Positions 36,532-51,670 of a stretch of 64,000 nt of DNA are shown here, piece by piece. Every line of letters starts with the position of its first letter. Position 1 is the stretch's first letter. Under the pieces are notes generated by a model. It saw only the letters and a list, made by a program, of their open reading frames with translations. It did no database searches and had not been told where the DNA came from. Position numbers and translations under genes: made by a program. The DNA is from Monocercomonoides exilis PA203 (Eukaryota; Protista; Preaxostyla): assembly GCA_001643675.2 (NCBI GenBank), contig LSRY02000078.1, positions 4,959 to 68,958 of the forward strand, given 5' to 3'.

Positions 36532-38872
36532 ATGTCTCTTATAGATCATATGGCAGATGAGAAAGCGAATGGAGGGAAGGTGAAGTTCTCGCAAGAAGAC
36601 TTCTTGTATATTTTGAAAGAGTTTTACAAGAGATGTTGCAATTGCGGATCAGGCAAAAACATGGCGATCGTTCTTGGAAGGAGCCAGGTTGGAAAAAGTA
36701 CCATGATAAACAAATTACGCGGAGTGGAAATGGAAGAGGATGACAATGGAGATTTGGTAGTGAAAACAAAAGTGGAGGATATGGCTAAAATGGGAAAAGG
36801 AATTGAGCCAGAGACCATCATTCCAGAATCATATGGATTAAATGAAAAGGTTATCTTGTTAGATACTCGAGGCTTTCTTGGATCAGAGGTGGATGTCAAA
36901 GAAGAAGTTGTCAGTATGCTTTTATTACAGTTTTTCCAGAGAAATGCATCAAAAGTGATGATTGCGTATATTTCTCAATATGAAAACTACTACAATTTGA
37001 CAAATGCATATGATGATATGATGTTCATTAACCAGATATGCAAAAACAAGGAGTTTCCAGTTGTGTTCGTTGCCAACAAATGCAAGGAACTTTGGCTGCA
37101 TAAAATGAAAATTCAGCAAAAGGAAACATCAGAAATTATAGAGAAGGTTCAAGGAAGTTTGATTGGAAAATTTACAGAACTGGAAAAACAACAGTGGATA
37201 AAATCGAAAAGAAGTTTCCGGAAATTAAAGCAGCACAATCTCTCGAACAAATAATTGGAATTCTTCTGCAAAAAGCGAAAGGAGCAACAGGTGTGCAAGG
37301 AGAGGAAATCAGGAGAAGCTTGAATCAACTTCAGACACTTCTTGTGTGGAAGAAGGCTCACGCTAATGGCAGACTAATATACTATGATCCGACACTCGAC
37401 GGATCTGAGGAACCAATTAAAGACGAGATTAAAAATTTAAATAACTATAAGAGTCCCAATGATGTCAATCTTGACCGATGCACACCATCTTATTACTGGT
37501 TTATGGACTCTGCATCATCGATGGCGAGCAAGCTATATTGGCTTGTATTAGCCAAGAGGGGGAGAGTTCAAGTGCCGAATATGCTTCAAGAGATAATAGA
37601 GGCGTGCAAGGATTTTGCAAAAGATTCGGAAAAGTTGTATTCAGAAGTGAGCGACGATGTTGAGGAATTGGAGGATAAGCTGAGAAACATCACTTTTGAA
37701 TCAGAAGAATCAATCGAAACAAAAATCAAAAATCAAGAAAACACTATCAGGCAATGCAATGATGATGTTGTCGAATATCAAAAAGGATCAATGAACTAGA
37801 TCAACCTGAAACCGTGAAATTTGACACAATTGAATTCTGTGAATTTGACAATTATGCATCAAATGAAGTTGTCATAGAGAGACCAATCAATGTTCCAAAT
37901 GCCACTTGCTTTTTCACTGCTGGAAATAAATACACATACAACGACAAGGAAGAACAAGAAGTTTGCATCAAAGATGGGGTCTTGAGAGGAGTTTTCAAAG
38001 CACCAAAAGCATTAAGGCATGCTCTTAATGTTGTTGGAGCTGTGGTGGGATTAGGAATTCCAACAGCATTTTTAAACGATTCAAGTGTCTGTGAAGGGAA
38101 AATTGATCTGTTTGCCCCAAAGCGTGATATTCCTTCAAATAGACAGAAGATACAAGAATATCAGATCAAAGTGAAAGAGTGCGAAAACAGAAAAGAGGAA
38201 TGTGGAATAAGTATTGATACATTGAAAAGAGAATTAGATATGGTCCAAAAACGTAACGACAGGAAAAAGGATGAGATAAACACAAATGAAAAAAAGAAGA
38301 GGGATATGGAGGAGCGGATAGAATATTTGAAAAATGAGGAGGAGAAATGGATCAACAGGAGTTCAAGGTTGCAAAAATGTTTAGAGTTTTGCAGGGAATG
38401 CGATGAACAATGGGAAAATAATAATAAAATCATCGAACAAATGTATCTCTTCTCTTGTTTTCATATTCCAAAAGAATATGTCGAAGAAGTTAGAAAAGGA
38501 AATTTTGAACAATTTTCTCCATCTTCTTCAATGTTTCAATCGTCTTCAGCGACTCCATCTGCACTCAGCGCATCAGCGAGTAGACAAGCAGGGATGGAGT
38601 CTTCATTGTCGAGGAGCGAAGCCAAATGGCAAGAAAAACAACAGAATTTCTTGCATTTGAGTCAAAATGATGAGAATAAGAGGATGCTTGCGAGGTTCGT
38701 TGTTGCGATGGAGGACATTGATTCAGAGACCAAAAAACGCAAATCTTTTCTTTTAGAAAGAGATGGAAAATATGATCCAAAGCTTGTTTCAGATGCAATT
38801 GATGAGATATTCCTCATATGGAATCAAATGTTTGAATGCAAAGGGTATTTGGAAAAATATTTAGAAAATTAA
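36532..38872 (+). CDS. Intronless P-loop GTPase with coiled-coil C-terminus, ~780 aa composite; right copy
   Basis: ORFs 36526..37254, 37194..37799 and 37814..38872. The break near 37780 (A5 here, A6 in the left arm) is repaired by the other arm. Only the A5 break near 37185 is shared by both arms. No in-frame stops in the composite frame. Confidence 0.82.
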
Positions 38873-39012
38873 AAATTGAGGATTTCGATTGATTTGTCCT
38901 TATCATTATATATATATAATATTGTTAATAATTTCTTTAGAAATCACACAATAAAAATAAGATTCATTTCTTGTTTTGTTTAACAATTATCACTCCTGTT
39001 TTCTCTCTCTCT

Positions 39013-39154
<142 letters not shown>

Positions 39155-42100
39155 CTTTGTCAGTCAGTCAGTCAGTCTGTCTGTTTGTATAATTTCATTT
39201 TAATCATTCCTTTTATCACATATACGAACGTTGTAGTTTTCTTTAATGTAGAACTTTTTTGAAATCATTATTTTCCAAAAAATAAATTAAATTTTTTATT
39301 GAAACAAAAATCATCATGTTCCGAAACAAAACAAGGAAAGTAATAATTTTTGTGCATTATTATTTTTGCATTATTAATTTATTGTGTGAAATGTTACAAA
39401 ACATTGAACACTTTTGTTTTAATGAATAATGCTCAAAACATTTCGAAACAATAATTAATAAAGCACTCTTTTTTGGGATCTGAAATTTCTAATTACAGAG
39501 TGCACTTTTAAATAGCCTGGGGTGGCGTGCTGACTTCTGATGTGAACTTTTTGACTTTTAACGGACGTGATAGATTTTTCCGTGTCACAAAAAATTAACA
39601 TTAATGTAAATTGAACGGTTTAATGATGAAGAATAATTTTTTTTAAAAATTACAACTATAAGGTTGATTTTTTTATTTTATTTTTTTTTTTATTATTTTT
39701 TTTTTTTATGGGTAATTCTTTTTGAAAAGTCGCAAATGTTAAATTTTCAAATAAATAAAAATTTTCTAATTTTTCTCAAAATATTGTTGACATACACCAA
39801 ACTTCATAAATATGTAATCTATTTCTTGATAATGCTATTTCATACTTTCTTAAGAAGATTCGTGAGCAGGAACAGAAATTTGATCAAAATATGAAATTTT
39901 TGTTTAATATAAAAATTAAACATTTGCGACTTTTCGAAATAAATTACTCATATCTTTAGGTATAAACTGTAAAACAACGTTCTTGAAAAAGAATAAAATA
40001 AGATCTGTTGAAAACTTTAAAAATAAAATGAACGCACACAATTTTCGAAAACTCACATTGAAAAAATATAAAAGCATAACAAGATTTTTATCAAATATGG
40101 GTCATTCTTTTATGAAAAGTCGCAAACATTTAACTGATCTGAAATTAAGATCAAAAATGATCATTAAATGTCGATCATTCTTTACCATCATATATTGCTG
40201 AGTATTAATCTTTTCAGTTTTGTCACCATATCCCCGAATATTACGTTTCAAAAAAACTGATTTCACATATTATTTTCACTGTCAAATCATATCAATATTA
40301 TTAAATTTTGTTTTTCTTGTATTTTGTAGCAACTTAATAATTTGTTCATATTTCTTTGTTTTCATTTCAACTGTTCATATAAACATTTGAATTTTTTGAA
40401 TTTTGACTCCACAATTATTCTTTTCCTATTTTATAAAACAAATAGATTTTAATTTGCTTTAATTTGAGTATTTTGAAAAAAAATTTTTAAACAGGAAAAT
40501 TTCATCGATGCCGTCCTCATTGAAATTAAAAGAAATTCAAAAAGTTGTTAATATTGATCAATTGAAAATGTTATAAAAAATAAATGTAGAATAACATGAA
40601 ATTTCTCAAAATTAAATGTACTTATATATGAAATTCTTAATTGAAATGGTATCCCATGTTTTGAATCAAATCATGAATCATATCTTAAATAGTTTTCAAC
40701 TTTTCATTTTCTTTTTTGCTTATCTTTTTGTTCTCATTTCAATTCCCTTCCAAAAGAAATTCTGTTCCTTCTTTTCCATCAAATCAAAATAGATGAGATT
40801 TCGGCGATGATTGAAATTTATAATTTGAACATGGACTTTGCGCTTGTGACACAAAAGGCGCTGCAATTTTGTGTGATGAGTTGTATCAAAAAGCCTTTTG
40901 TGGGAAGTGCAACGATGCAGTTGCCTCTTTTCTCATCGCCATTAAAATTCTTTATCTTATTAAACTGGAGCAGCTCTCCAGTCAGTTTCTCCATTCTGGA
41001 GAAGGAGAAACAAGGAGAAGAAAGCTGCAGGAGATGATAAATCATCTTCATCTTTGCCTTCGTCATCAGCGCCTGCGGTTGTTCCTTCGGATGCATCGTC
41101 AGTGGAGGCGTCATACATGTCGGCAGCAGCGACGAACGAAATTGAGAGGTGGCTACGGATAGTTGTGAAGAAAGCAGCTGAGCTGCGAAAGCTGCATGGT
41201 TATGAAGCTGTCGCTGCTCCTGTTGCTGTGGATGTTGCACATGCCGCGAGGTTTCAATGTTGGCTTGCTGCGCTCTGCTGAACAGAACGTGCTGTGTCCG
41301 CTCAATGCGTGATGCTTTCCATTCCACTTCTTGCTCTTCTCCCGTTTCTTGAGGACTTGCCGAGAAAGAATTCGTCGAAGAAGCAGTTATTAACAGCGGT
41401 TGATGTGGTTGCGTTCCTGCCAATCTGCAATCCGCCTGATCCATCGCTGGCTTCATTGGCCATTGAATGGCTGTAGAACCGATAGAAGCAATCGAAGAAT
41501 GGGAGCGACGAAGCTGGAGAGCAAAATGAGGAGGGGAATGGTTGAAGTGCGCCAAGTGTGAGAGATTGTGTAGAAGACGTGGAGGGTGTGGTGAAGAGGA
41601 TGAAGGATGAAGGATGGAAGATGTGGTTCTGTCGCCTGCAGTGATAGTGCTGCATTTGCTGGATGAAAGAAAAGAAGAAGAAGAAGAAGTTTAAAAAGGA
41701 AAAAGGCAAATCAGATGAGCTGGCTGACAGAGCAGATGAAGGAGAAGGCCAATATCATCTGGATGAATCGGAAAGATTCTGGAGCTGAGCGAGAAGCACA
41801 ACTCAGAGGTGAAGGAGGTGAAGGAGCATCTGGTGACGATGAAGGAGAAGGTGGAACTGATTTATATGAGGATTGAGAAGTGAAGAATCGATGCGCACAG
41901 CAGGTCGTTGTGGTGAGTTGGAACAGCAAGGGGTCGATGCAGGAAATTGAAGTTTCCCTTTCTACGTTTTCTTTATTAATGTATGCATGTGGACAAATAA
42001 TTCTGTCTAAGGCTTCGTTGATCCTTCCGTCGGGGCTGTGTGAAAAGTGCCAGGAGAAGTTTGCAGCGAGCATCGGGGATGGCAGCATTGTGGTAGTTGG

Positions 42101-44511
42101 GCCAGACCCGAGCAGGAAGGGGGTTGTTGCAAAAGCGAGGAGCGGAGTGAGTATTGTGAGTAAAGCAAACAACGATAGTGTATGAGGTGGTAGAAGTAAG
42201 GGAACGAGATCTGGGATCAGTAAGAGATCAGAGAAGAAAGGCGTTGGGACAAATGGTGGTGGTGGTGTTTGTATTGGCTATGAAGGAGGAGTGGATGCAA
42301 CAGTGCGGTCGAAGATGAACAAGATGGAAAAGGAAACGAAGATGCTGATTGCGCTGTTGAATGTGCACATAAAGACTATATGCGAGAAGAAGGGACTGTT
42401 CAATGAGGTGATTGCAAAGCAGCAGATGTCTGTTGCTCAAAAGAAGCAGGAGTAGATGAATATTTAAGCTTCGAATGAAGATATTGCTTTATGAATGCCT
42501 GGTTCAGTGAAGAAGCTGGAAGAGAATGTGGTGCAAGTGGACTTTGGAGAGAGCAGAGAAGAAAGGACAGAGCAGAAAGGGGGGGAGAGGGAGGGATGGG
42601 GCGGGGAGGAGGAGGAGGAGGAGCAGAAGCGGAGGGGGAGAATACGAGGAGGCAGAGGAGGTGGAAAAGGCAGAAGAAAAAAGATGCAAGCGCGCTGTAT
42701 GGGATTCAGCTGTCGCTGCACAACAATCCGAAGAGAGAGCTGGAGGACTGGATCCCAGCTGGGGCAGAGGCAGGGGCAGGGGCAGGGAAGGCGACTGTTG
42801 TGCAGTGGCTGTACATGCTTCTTGAGCAGACGACAGACAGCCGAGACCGGGAAGAGTTGGAGTGTCCAGTGACTTCGCGTGGTGGAACGGGGGTTGGGCT
42901 GTCTGGGGCAAATGGGGTGCCTTTGTAGGCGGTGTCGATGACGAGGAGTTATAGATGAGTGCAGTGTCTGGGTCGCTGGAACAAGAAACGTTTTAATCAG
43001 CACATGTGCTTCGGGTTCCACACTCGCAGCGGTTGCATGTGCTGATGCAGCAGTCGCCGATACCGCTGGAGACAGGGCTGCAGTCGTAGCTAATTCGGAA
43101 GCTGTCGAGGATCCGTGGGTGATGCGGAAACATTATTTCAGCAGATCTTTGAATGGGGGTGGGCGTGCAGAGGCAGGAGTTTGGGGACTTTGCGTACATG
43201 TGGCTGGGGGAGAAGCAAGCGGTGCAGAAGAATAACTAGGCGATGATGTGGGTGGGGATGTATGGGGAAGAACTGTTCCAGAAGGACTTTGCAGAGATGG
43301 AACTGTTTGAGAAATTTGTGCGGAAAGAGTAAACTTGAGGTGAATTGGAGTTTTCCTGGTAATTGAATGGTGTTAGAAGGGGTGTAAGAGAAAAGATGAA
43401 AGTGTTTTTTTGTTGTTTGAGGGAATAAAGTCGGTAGAGAAATTTTCCGAATTATCTGTGTTTCCATCGTTTTTACTGAATAACTTCAGGGAAGAAGCAG
43501 CTTCCGGATGTTTGCGACGAAGCTGACAATTTACAGCCTTTTGAGCAGTCTTTGAATTATGTGATTGTGAAGGCAGCAAGATGGAGTCGGTCAATTTGGA
43601 GTAGGAGTTAAACACAGTATCGAAGGTGACGTGGGAATGGTTTGTGCTGAAGCTACATGTGTAGATTGTTCTGTTGGTGAAAGAGAAGAAAGAAGGGCGG
43701 TAGACGTTGTTCCACATTGTGCGGCTGCCAGGAGTGCTGTTGGAACTGAAGCTGTGAATGAACAACTCAAAAATAGTTTCCTTCTTTGGTCTTTCTCTAG
43801 AGGATGGGCGATGAGTGGTGCAGTTTCTGCAGACGATGGAGTAGCTGAGGAAGTTAATAGCGAAGCCTTACCAAATTCTTCATTGGTATTGACATTATCC
43901 ATATCGTATTCTTCTTTTTCCTCTAAACCTTCTTTCTCCTTTTTCTCTTTTATTCTTTATTAATCGATTTTTGTATTCTCAATTTTTCTTCAAAATTTGA
44001 TTTTGCTTTATCTACTAACCTCATTTTCCAACCATTTCCTGTTTCTTTTTACAACAAATTTCTTTCAAAAAATTCTTTGAAATTAACAAATATGTAGTCA
44101 ACATTGAAAATGTTTTGTTTTCTTTTTGCTTATTTCTGAGCAAATAATAGTGAAGAAGGTGAAGAAGGTGAAGAAGGTGAAGAAGGTGAAGAAGGTGAAG
44201 AAGGTGAAGAAGGTGAAGAAGGTGAAGAAGGTGAAGAAGGTGAAGAAGGTGAAGAAGGTGAAGAAGGTGAAGAAGGTGAAGAAGGTGAAGAAGAAGAAGA
44301 AGAAGAAGAAGGAAATGTTGTTTTGAACAAATAGATATGAAAAGGTCTAAAATTGGAATGCATAATGAATCAGAAGGAGAAGAAAGAGGAGAAGGAGAAG
44401 AGTAAGAAGAAGAGGAGGAAGAGGAAGAAATGGAAGAGGAGGAAGAGGAAGAAGAAGAGGAAGAGGAAGAGGAAGAATAGGAGGAAAAGACAATATTAGA
44501 AAAGAAGCTCC

Positions 44512-45411
44512 TTACGAATTCCTCGAACAGTTGTTGAATGATGAATTAACAAAAGAGGTTGCTCCTGAAGTTTTTTCGTTCATGGAAATGATACAGCAAT
44601 CAGACAGCTTCACTTCATCAGCCACAACACAATTAAATGCAACTTCTTTGCAATGACCAATCTCAAATACATTTGACGTTGATTCAATCTGTTCCAGTTT
44701 GAAATTTGTGATGTTAATCTCATCTCCATTTAGCAGAAATGAAGGTTTCTTGAATGAAATCATTGATATTGAGCAGTTGTTAACATGCATAATTCCATTT
44801 TCGATGCTCAATAATGTTGAATTGAGAGTAACAGATGGAATGCTGTTTGACTCCACAACTAAAGAGAAATCAACAATTGAAAGAGAAAGCTGTCCATTTG
44901 CTTCATGAATGATAGAACTTCCAGAATAAGAAAACAATTTGCCAAAGGAAAACTTAACACTTTCGATACGAACTTTCTCTGAGGTTGTGATAAGACTTCC
45001 CTCGTTGGTTATTGTGGAGTTCAGATGAACCAAAGCAACTGAGGGAGATTCTAGTGAGCGGATGATCACATCATGTACATCACATTCCCTATTGATGATC
45101 GTCTCCTCTGATATCAGCAGTTGCGAATAACGTGATGGAATGATGTGCTAAACTCCCACATTCAATGAGTGGCATGGCGCATTGAATTCTCCACATTGCT
45201 TGCTGTCTGTGTGATTTTCAGAAACAGAAGACACAAATATCGTCTCGTTCTGGTATCTCATAACCCTCAGCAGAAGTTCTTCTTCCCCAACAAACAATTC
45301 TGTTGTGACTCCCCAGATTACCATTTCTTTCTTGTCATGTTCTCTGTTAGTACTGCGAATTTGCCAAGCTAAAAAAATGAATAATTTTATTTGAATTAAT
45401 AAATAAAACAT
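44512..45411 (-). pseudogene. Mirror copy of 17646..18545
   Basis: Identical translated ORFs 45148..45411 and 44512..45069. Confidence 0.65.
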
Positions 45412-48400
45412 TCAAATAAAAGCTGAATGAAAACATTTTGATATGTATGTTTTTCATCTTTATCAAACTTGTGGAAGAAAACTATGCATCTATTAAAATT
45501 CCAGGCACATTCTGTGCAATGAAAAATTTCAATCAAATAAGAATTTTATTTATCAACGAATCTCAATTTTTTGATGAAATTAAATCGGTAAAACCCTTGA
45601 ACATTTATGGATCAACAATTGCTAAATAGTTCAAGCAATAAAACCCTTTTCACATTGAAAAACTGATATTTTCACTATTTTCAAAATATTGAATATATTG
45701 TTTTTTGATCCAAATCGTTTTTTCTTGTAAAGATGTTTGTTTCGAACTAGCACACATTATTGTGAAATTTTTATTTTTTCCCCAGTATAATTGTGAAGGA
45801 AAGTTTATTGTTAAACTTTCATGGGTCAAATTATTGATCTGTGGTGACTTTTCAAAAAGAATGACCCATATATATAATTGTTGATTGTAAATTTTAAACA
45901 TCTGAGTCACCTTTTAAAAAGTGGGCTCGCATCAGTTAGTGCCCGACACCGTTTTTTTTTTTTTTTTTTTTTTTTGACAAAAACAAACTTATTGATATTA
46001 ATTATTTATTGAACACAAATAATCACCTAATATTTGAAACATATTTGATTGTTCAGAAAGATTGATTTTCTTCAAACAAACCTTAATTTAATCTTATTTT
46101 ATTAAATTTCTATTAACGCTTTGACAGAAGCCATATAATTCAATGCAAATGAATATCAATATTCTTCAATTCGTTTATCAATGTTTTTGAAGTTATGTTT
46201 TCATTTTCACATTTTTATAATTAATCATTTTTCAAAGGCTTAAAATCTAAGTGATTTTTCATGTTTAACAAGTTATTTCTGATCGTCAAAAATTATCTAA
46301 ATTTTTATTTTGCATTTTTTTGCAATTCGTTAAAGAAAATTCTTTCCTTTTTATTTTACGATTGTTTATTTTCACAAATAAATATTTGTTTGATATGTTG
46401 TTCGGAAATAAATTGACTTGAGAGAATTAATTTCAATGAATATGAATAAAAAAATTCTTTTATGAAAATGTTTAAAAACAATCTGATCTGAATTAAAAGT
46501 TCATTTCAATTTAAGTCTATTAAGTTTTTTATTTGTTTTTTTTTTTCATTTTTCCGTTACCCTTCTCCTTTGTGATAGTTTTTTCTTTGAACAAATAAAA
46601 AGTTAGTGAACGTCACAGCTATTCGCATGACATTTTTGATTTTCTTCATCCCTTTTTTAATTTGAATTTATCTTTATCTTTATCTTCATCTTTTGCAGTC
46701 TTTTCTTTCTCTTCTTCTTCTTCTTTTTCTTCTTCTTCCTCTTCTTCTTCTTCTTCCTCTTCTTCTTTTTCTTCTTCTTCTTCTTCTTCTTCTTTCTCCT
46801 TCAGCATTTAGAAGAAGTTGCATCCAGTTTATCAAAGGAAATAGAAGAGCTGATAGCAGAGCCATTGAGTATGGAGCAAAGTGTATCGGCTGCTCAACAA
46901 AGACTGCTTTCGAGAAAGCAACAGCAACACGTTTGTGTCAAATTAATCGTCTTTCTCTATTTCTTTTTTTAACTAATCCATGTCATATTTATTTTCTCCT
47001 TCTCTCTTTCTCTTTCTCTTTCTCTTTGTTTATATGTAATTATATATAATTCTTTTTTTTCTTTCTCTCTTTGACCAATTTATTTCCATTTCTTCGTATT
47101 TGTGTTGCTTCAAAAAAACGTGTGTGTGAGTTTATTTATTAATGAAAGTTTCAATGCATAACGCTTTCCTTCACAATGTTCTGTTGATTTCTCTCCTCTA
47201 TTATAGTATTTTCTTCAATATTTCTATTTCTCTTCTCATCTTCTCATCTTCTCATCTTCTCTCTTCTCTCTTCTTCTCTTCTCTTCTCTATCTTTTCATC
47301 TCCTTTTCCTTTTCCTCTTCCTCTTCTCCTCCTCTCCTCACCTTCTCCTCCTCTCCTCACCTTCTCCTTCTCCTCCTTCTCCTTCTCCTCATCCCCAGCT
47401 ACACTCAGCGCATCCCTACTGCACTCAGCCCTCTCCACCTCTCCAACGACACCACTGCTCCTGTTTCTGGTGTGAATTACGTTCCTCCTCCGCCTCCTCT
47501 TCCGCAGCGTGATTTTGTTCCTTCAGCGCCTTCACGGACAGACCATGGGCAGAGGAAAGAGGAGAGAGGGAAATAGAAAGGAAGGGGAAGAAGGGAAGAA
47601 GGGGAAGAATAGGAAGGAAGAGAAGAGGATGAGTGAAGAAGGAGGAAGAAGAGGAAGAAGAAGAAGTGGAGGAGAGGAGAGGAGGAGAAATGGAGCTTGG
47701 GAATGGAGATTGAGAAAGAAATTTGAATTTTGATGAAGAAAGAAGAGGAGAAGGATATTATGATGATGAGGAAGAGGAAAAAGAAAATAAAGATGACTTG
47801 ATTTTGCTTAGTGAAATGGAAAACAGAGAAAATAGCAGATTTGGAGAAGAAGCAGAAGAAGCAGAAGAGGGAGAAGAGGGAGAAGAGGAAGAGAATAGAA
47901 ATAGAGAGAGTGAGAATAGATCTGGGAAGAAGAAAAAGAGGAAGGAGAAGGTAGAAAGAATGAGAATAAAAAGGAAATGAAATTTTTCATTGAAAATTCC
48001 TTTTCTGAGTCAATTCATTTCACCAACACTCAAAAACCCTTCACATCTATCAACACAGCCAGCATCTATCAGAAGCATATCAAATGCATTCGCTTCACTT
48101 TCTTCTTCTTCTTCTTTAACAGAATAGTGTGCTGCTTCACATTTTCTTTCAATGTCGCATTCTTCTTTATCCTCATCCTCATCCAAAAGCCGTTCAGTAC
48201 TCCGTGAAAGGCCTCTTGTTCTGCAGTCGTCGCGTACCACGGCTGCCTTGCTTTATCCGTGTCTCCCATCAAATGATGTGAAAATGTTGAGAGGAGTGAC
48301 ATCGCTTCTCTGGTCTATGAAGGCTGCTCTTTCTTCGCTTTCTCTGCTTGGTGAAGACAACAACAGCAGCAGCAATGGAAGAAGCAGAAGTGATAGAAAC

Positions 48401-51400
48401 AATAGAATCACCGATTATCCTCTTTTTGCAGATGAAGATGGAAACACAGCCAGACTCGATTGTCTTCTGCCATCTTCTGCTTCCTCGAAGCACTTGGCAA
48501 TGCTGACAAAAGCTAGCACAGGAAGATTGTTTGTTTCACCAGGCAAAGCAGAGGGACAGGCACATTCTCATTCGCAATCACAATCTAATTCACAATCACA
48601 GACACAGAATCGCGCACAGTCAACGATGTTCTCTCTGAAGAAGACGGAAGAGTCGTTCACCTCCTCAATGTTTGCGAGAGAAGTGACCAGCTGCAAGATT
48701 CAGCTTCTATGTGCGACTGTTCTTCCGTTTGACCCGTTTCTGTCGCGCGTGATGGAATTGATGGATGGGAAGCATGTGCAGTGTGCCACACAAATCATAT
48801 GTTATTCGATATTCCTCTAAAAATTCCAGTTATCTTCTTCAGATGCAAACCTTTTTGTCTTCATCAAGTTCTTAGGCTTATTCTTTAAACACAGATTCAT
48901 ATGATCATTTGAAGAGAATCCCAAAAACACAATGCATAACAAAGCATTCCATCATCCGTTCAGCAGCTGACGTTGAAGACTCTCAGCTCAGTTGTTCCAA
49001 TCAAAAAGGCAGAGCCAGATCATCTTCGGTCCCTTTGCTCAAAAAATCTTTATCAACAGCAAGTACTTCTTCTTCTTCTTCCACAGAATCCTAATCTCCC
49101 ATCCACATCTCCCACCCAAACAGCATCCGCTCCTTTTTCGCCACTGCCCCCAGACTTACTTCCCGCACATACGTATTCTTCCACCACCGCGTCTCGTTCT
49201 TGCTGAACCCCAACAGCTTCACCTCCACTTCCGTGCTCCCCGAGCTCTCCCCACATACATAAACTCTCATCACCCACAAAACTCCGAGCGCAAGCACACT
49301 GAAGTTGTTCATCCTGATACTGCTTAGCTGTTCAACTTCAGTCACTTCGCAGCTCAAAGATCCGCTGCCATAGCTCCGCCTCCCCTGCTTTCAGGCTCTC
49401 CAATATTCAATGGATTCACTCTCACAAACTTGCATGTCATTTGAACCACCTTATTCACTGTCTCAGAAAGCATATTCGCTTCATTCTGCAGCACGACGTA
49501 AGTATTACTAACCAGCAGCTCCAAGCCTGTGGCATGCAAAAGTTAAAACTCTTCTTCATCGCATGACTCTGTTTCCACCTCTGCCTCCAAACAATTAAAC
49601 ACTATACAACTGTCCTCCACATCCAGCGCCCCGCCTCCCACCAAAAACGCATTCTCTGCTCCATCTCCATGTAGGTTCGATACTATTCTCCTCAAATCAC
49701 ATATTTCGCCTTTTCTTTTTGCTTCAGCTCATTCAATATTCAGTTAATTAACTTCAATTTTCTGTCAATACAAAAACAACATTTATAATTTGTTCTATAT
49801 TTCAGCTTTTTATTAAGGTCGAGAGATAAAGGAAAGAAAATAAATAAGTGACAAACAAAATGATCGATTCAACAGATTCAAAACTGAAAAAATTTATTTC
49901 CATGAGATATTAAAGACGAAGAAGAGCATTGAGTGTTCTGTCTGAAATATTGTGGTGATGATCTCCAATTATTACACAGCAATTTGAAAATATTCTCTCA
50001 TATTATGATTCACAGCAAGGAGATATTGTTATGCTGAAAACAATGTTAGGAAATATTGAATATGTTTCTCTGTTATTACTTTAATCTTAATAAAAATTGT
50101 AACCATTTTATTCAATGACTTCATCTTTCTCTTTTATAAGTGATAATTCTTGAAAAAACTTCATGCATTGAGACTTAATTCTATTGTGCCTTTCGAACAT
50201 CATGTGATCAAATAAAACTCAAAAACTTGCCACAATCTCTCCACACCAATCAAAAAATGTGTTATCCCAAAGTGTTTTCGATGTTTTATTTATCAAATAA
50301 ATATTGCACACTTCAATTCTTCTGAATCGAGTATCATTGCAAATGAAATCCACATCACTATCGCTTTCGCTTTCACTTTCATTGTCTTCTTCATTGTTCG
50401 CTGATTCTTTTGCATTTCTTGAATTATCTTCTTCAGATTGTGTTTTTTTTTGGTAATGTCTATTAACAAACTATCCAACACTTCATCACACTGAGCAGTT
50501 TTTCTTGTCAAGTTGCAATTGACAAGATCCGCTTGATTGCTTTCATGTTGAAATTCGTCATCCTTTTCTTATTCTTCTGCTAGAATCAATCCAAACAAAC
50601 ATAGTTCATCAAAATAATCGATTTCGTATTGTTCTTCAAATTCTTTTGTTTTCTCTTGAGGATTCGAATCAAGAGTTGATATGTGATCATATGAATTTTG
50701 AAGTTTTGAGTTTGAGAACTCAATATTCAGAGCTTTTGTGCAATTTATTTCAACAGAAAGAAAAGTGATATTCCTATGAGCAACAATGTTGTTAAAAGAA
50801 AGAGCAAGTTCTTCTGTCAATGTTGAAACAGAAGAGCTATAACTTGGCTTCGAATTAACCGAACGTATTAAATAATTTGACTTCTATGAAAATAACAATG
50901 AGATCTGATTATTCAAAATTAGATCACATTCGTGATTAAAAATCAAAGAGTAGTCCTTACAATACATCAATCCACAAACAACACAATCTTTTGACATGGA
51001 CACATCAAAAGTCTGTTCAAATCCTTTTTCGAAGTTCTACCATTAAACAAAGGAGCAAATGCAATAAACAATATACGATTAACGACGTCAAGAGTTGATT
51101 TGGAAATAACCAATTCTTTCTGCTTTGGATGAAAATAACATGTGATAAAATATTGCATTTCAAATAGATAAATTTCAAGAAAAAATAAATTAAATAATAC
51201 AGTTTGTGTATTCACCGTATTCTTCTTTTTCGAGTTTGATCATCTTTCACTTGTGTATGTTTAACATCTCCACAGTTTCTTATTATTGCTCACACTATTT
51301 TGATTAAAATCAATAAAATACTGTTGTTTAAAATATAAAAAATTTAAAAACAATCCTCAAACGATTTCCGGATTATCCAATGAAAAGGCAAACACATGTG

Positions 51401-51670
51401 AGGCATCCATGATAAACAAATAAATAATAATTTCCAAATGCTTTCTTGACTTAAATTCCGACAGTGACCGGTAGTAACGAAAGTGCCGCGGTATTTACAC
51501 CGCAAAAAAAGATCACGACTCAACCCAATGTTCATGAAAAAATTGAAAATGAACAGTTGAAAAATCGATTATAATAATAATAAATTCCAAAGTTATCAAA
51601 AATTAATTGTAAATAAAATTTAATAATTGCCTGTGTTGACTTTTTTTGTCAAAAAATAATACTTTTAATA

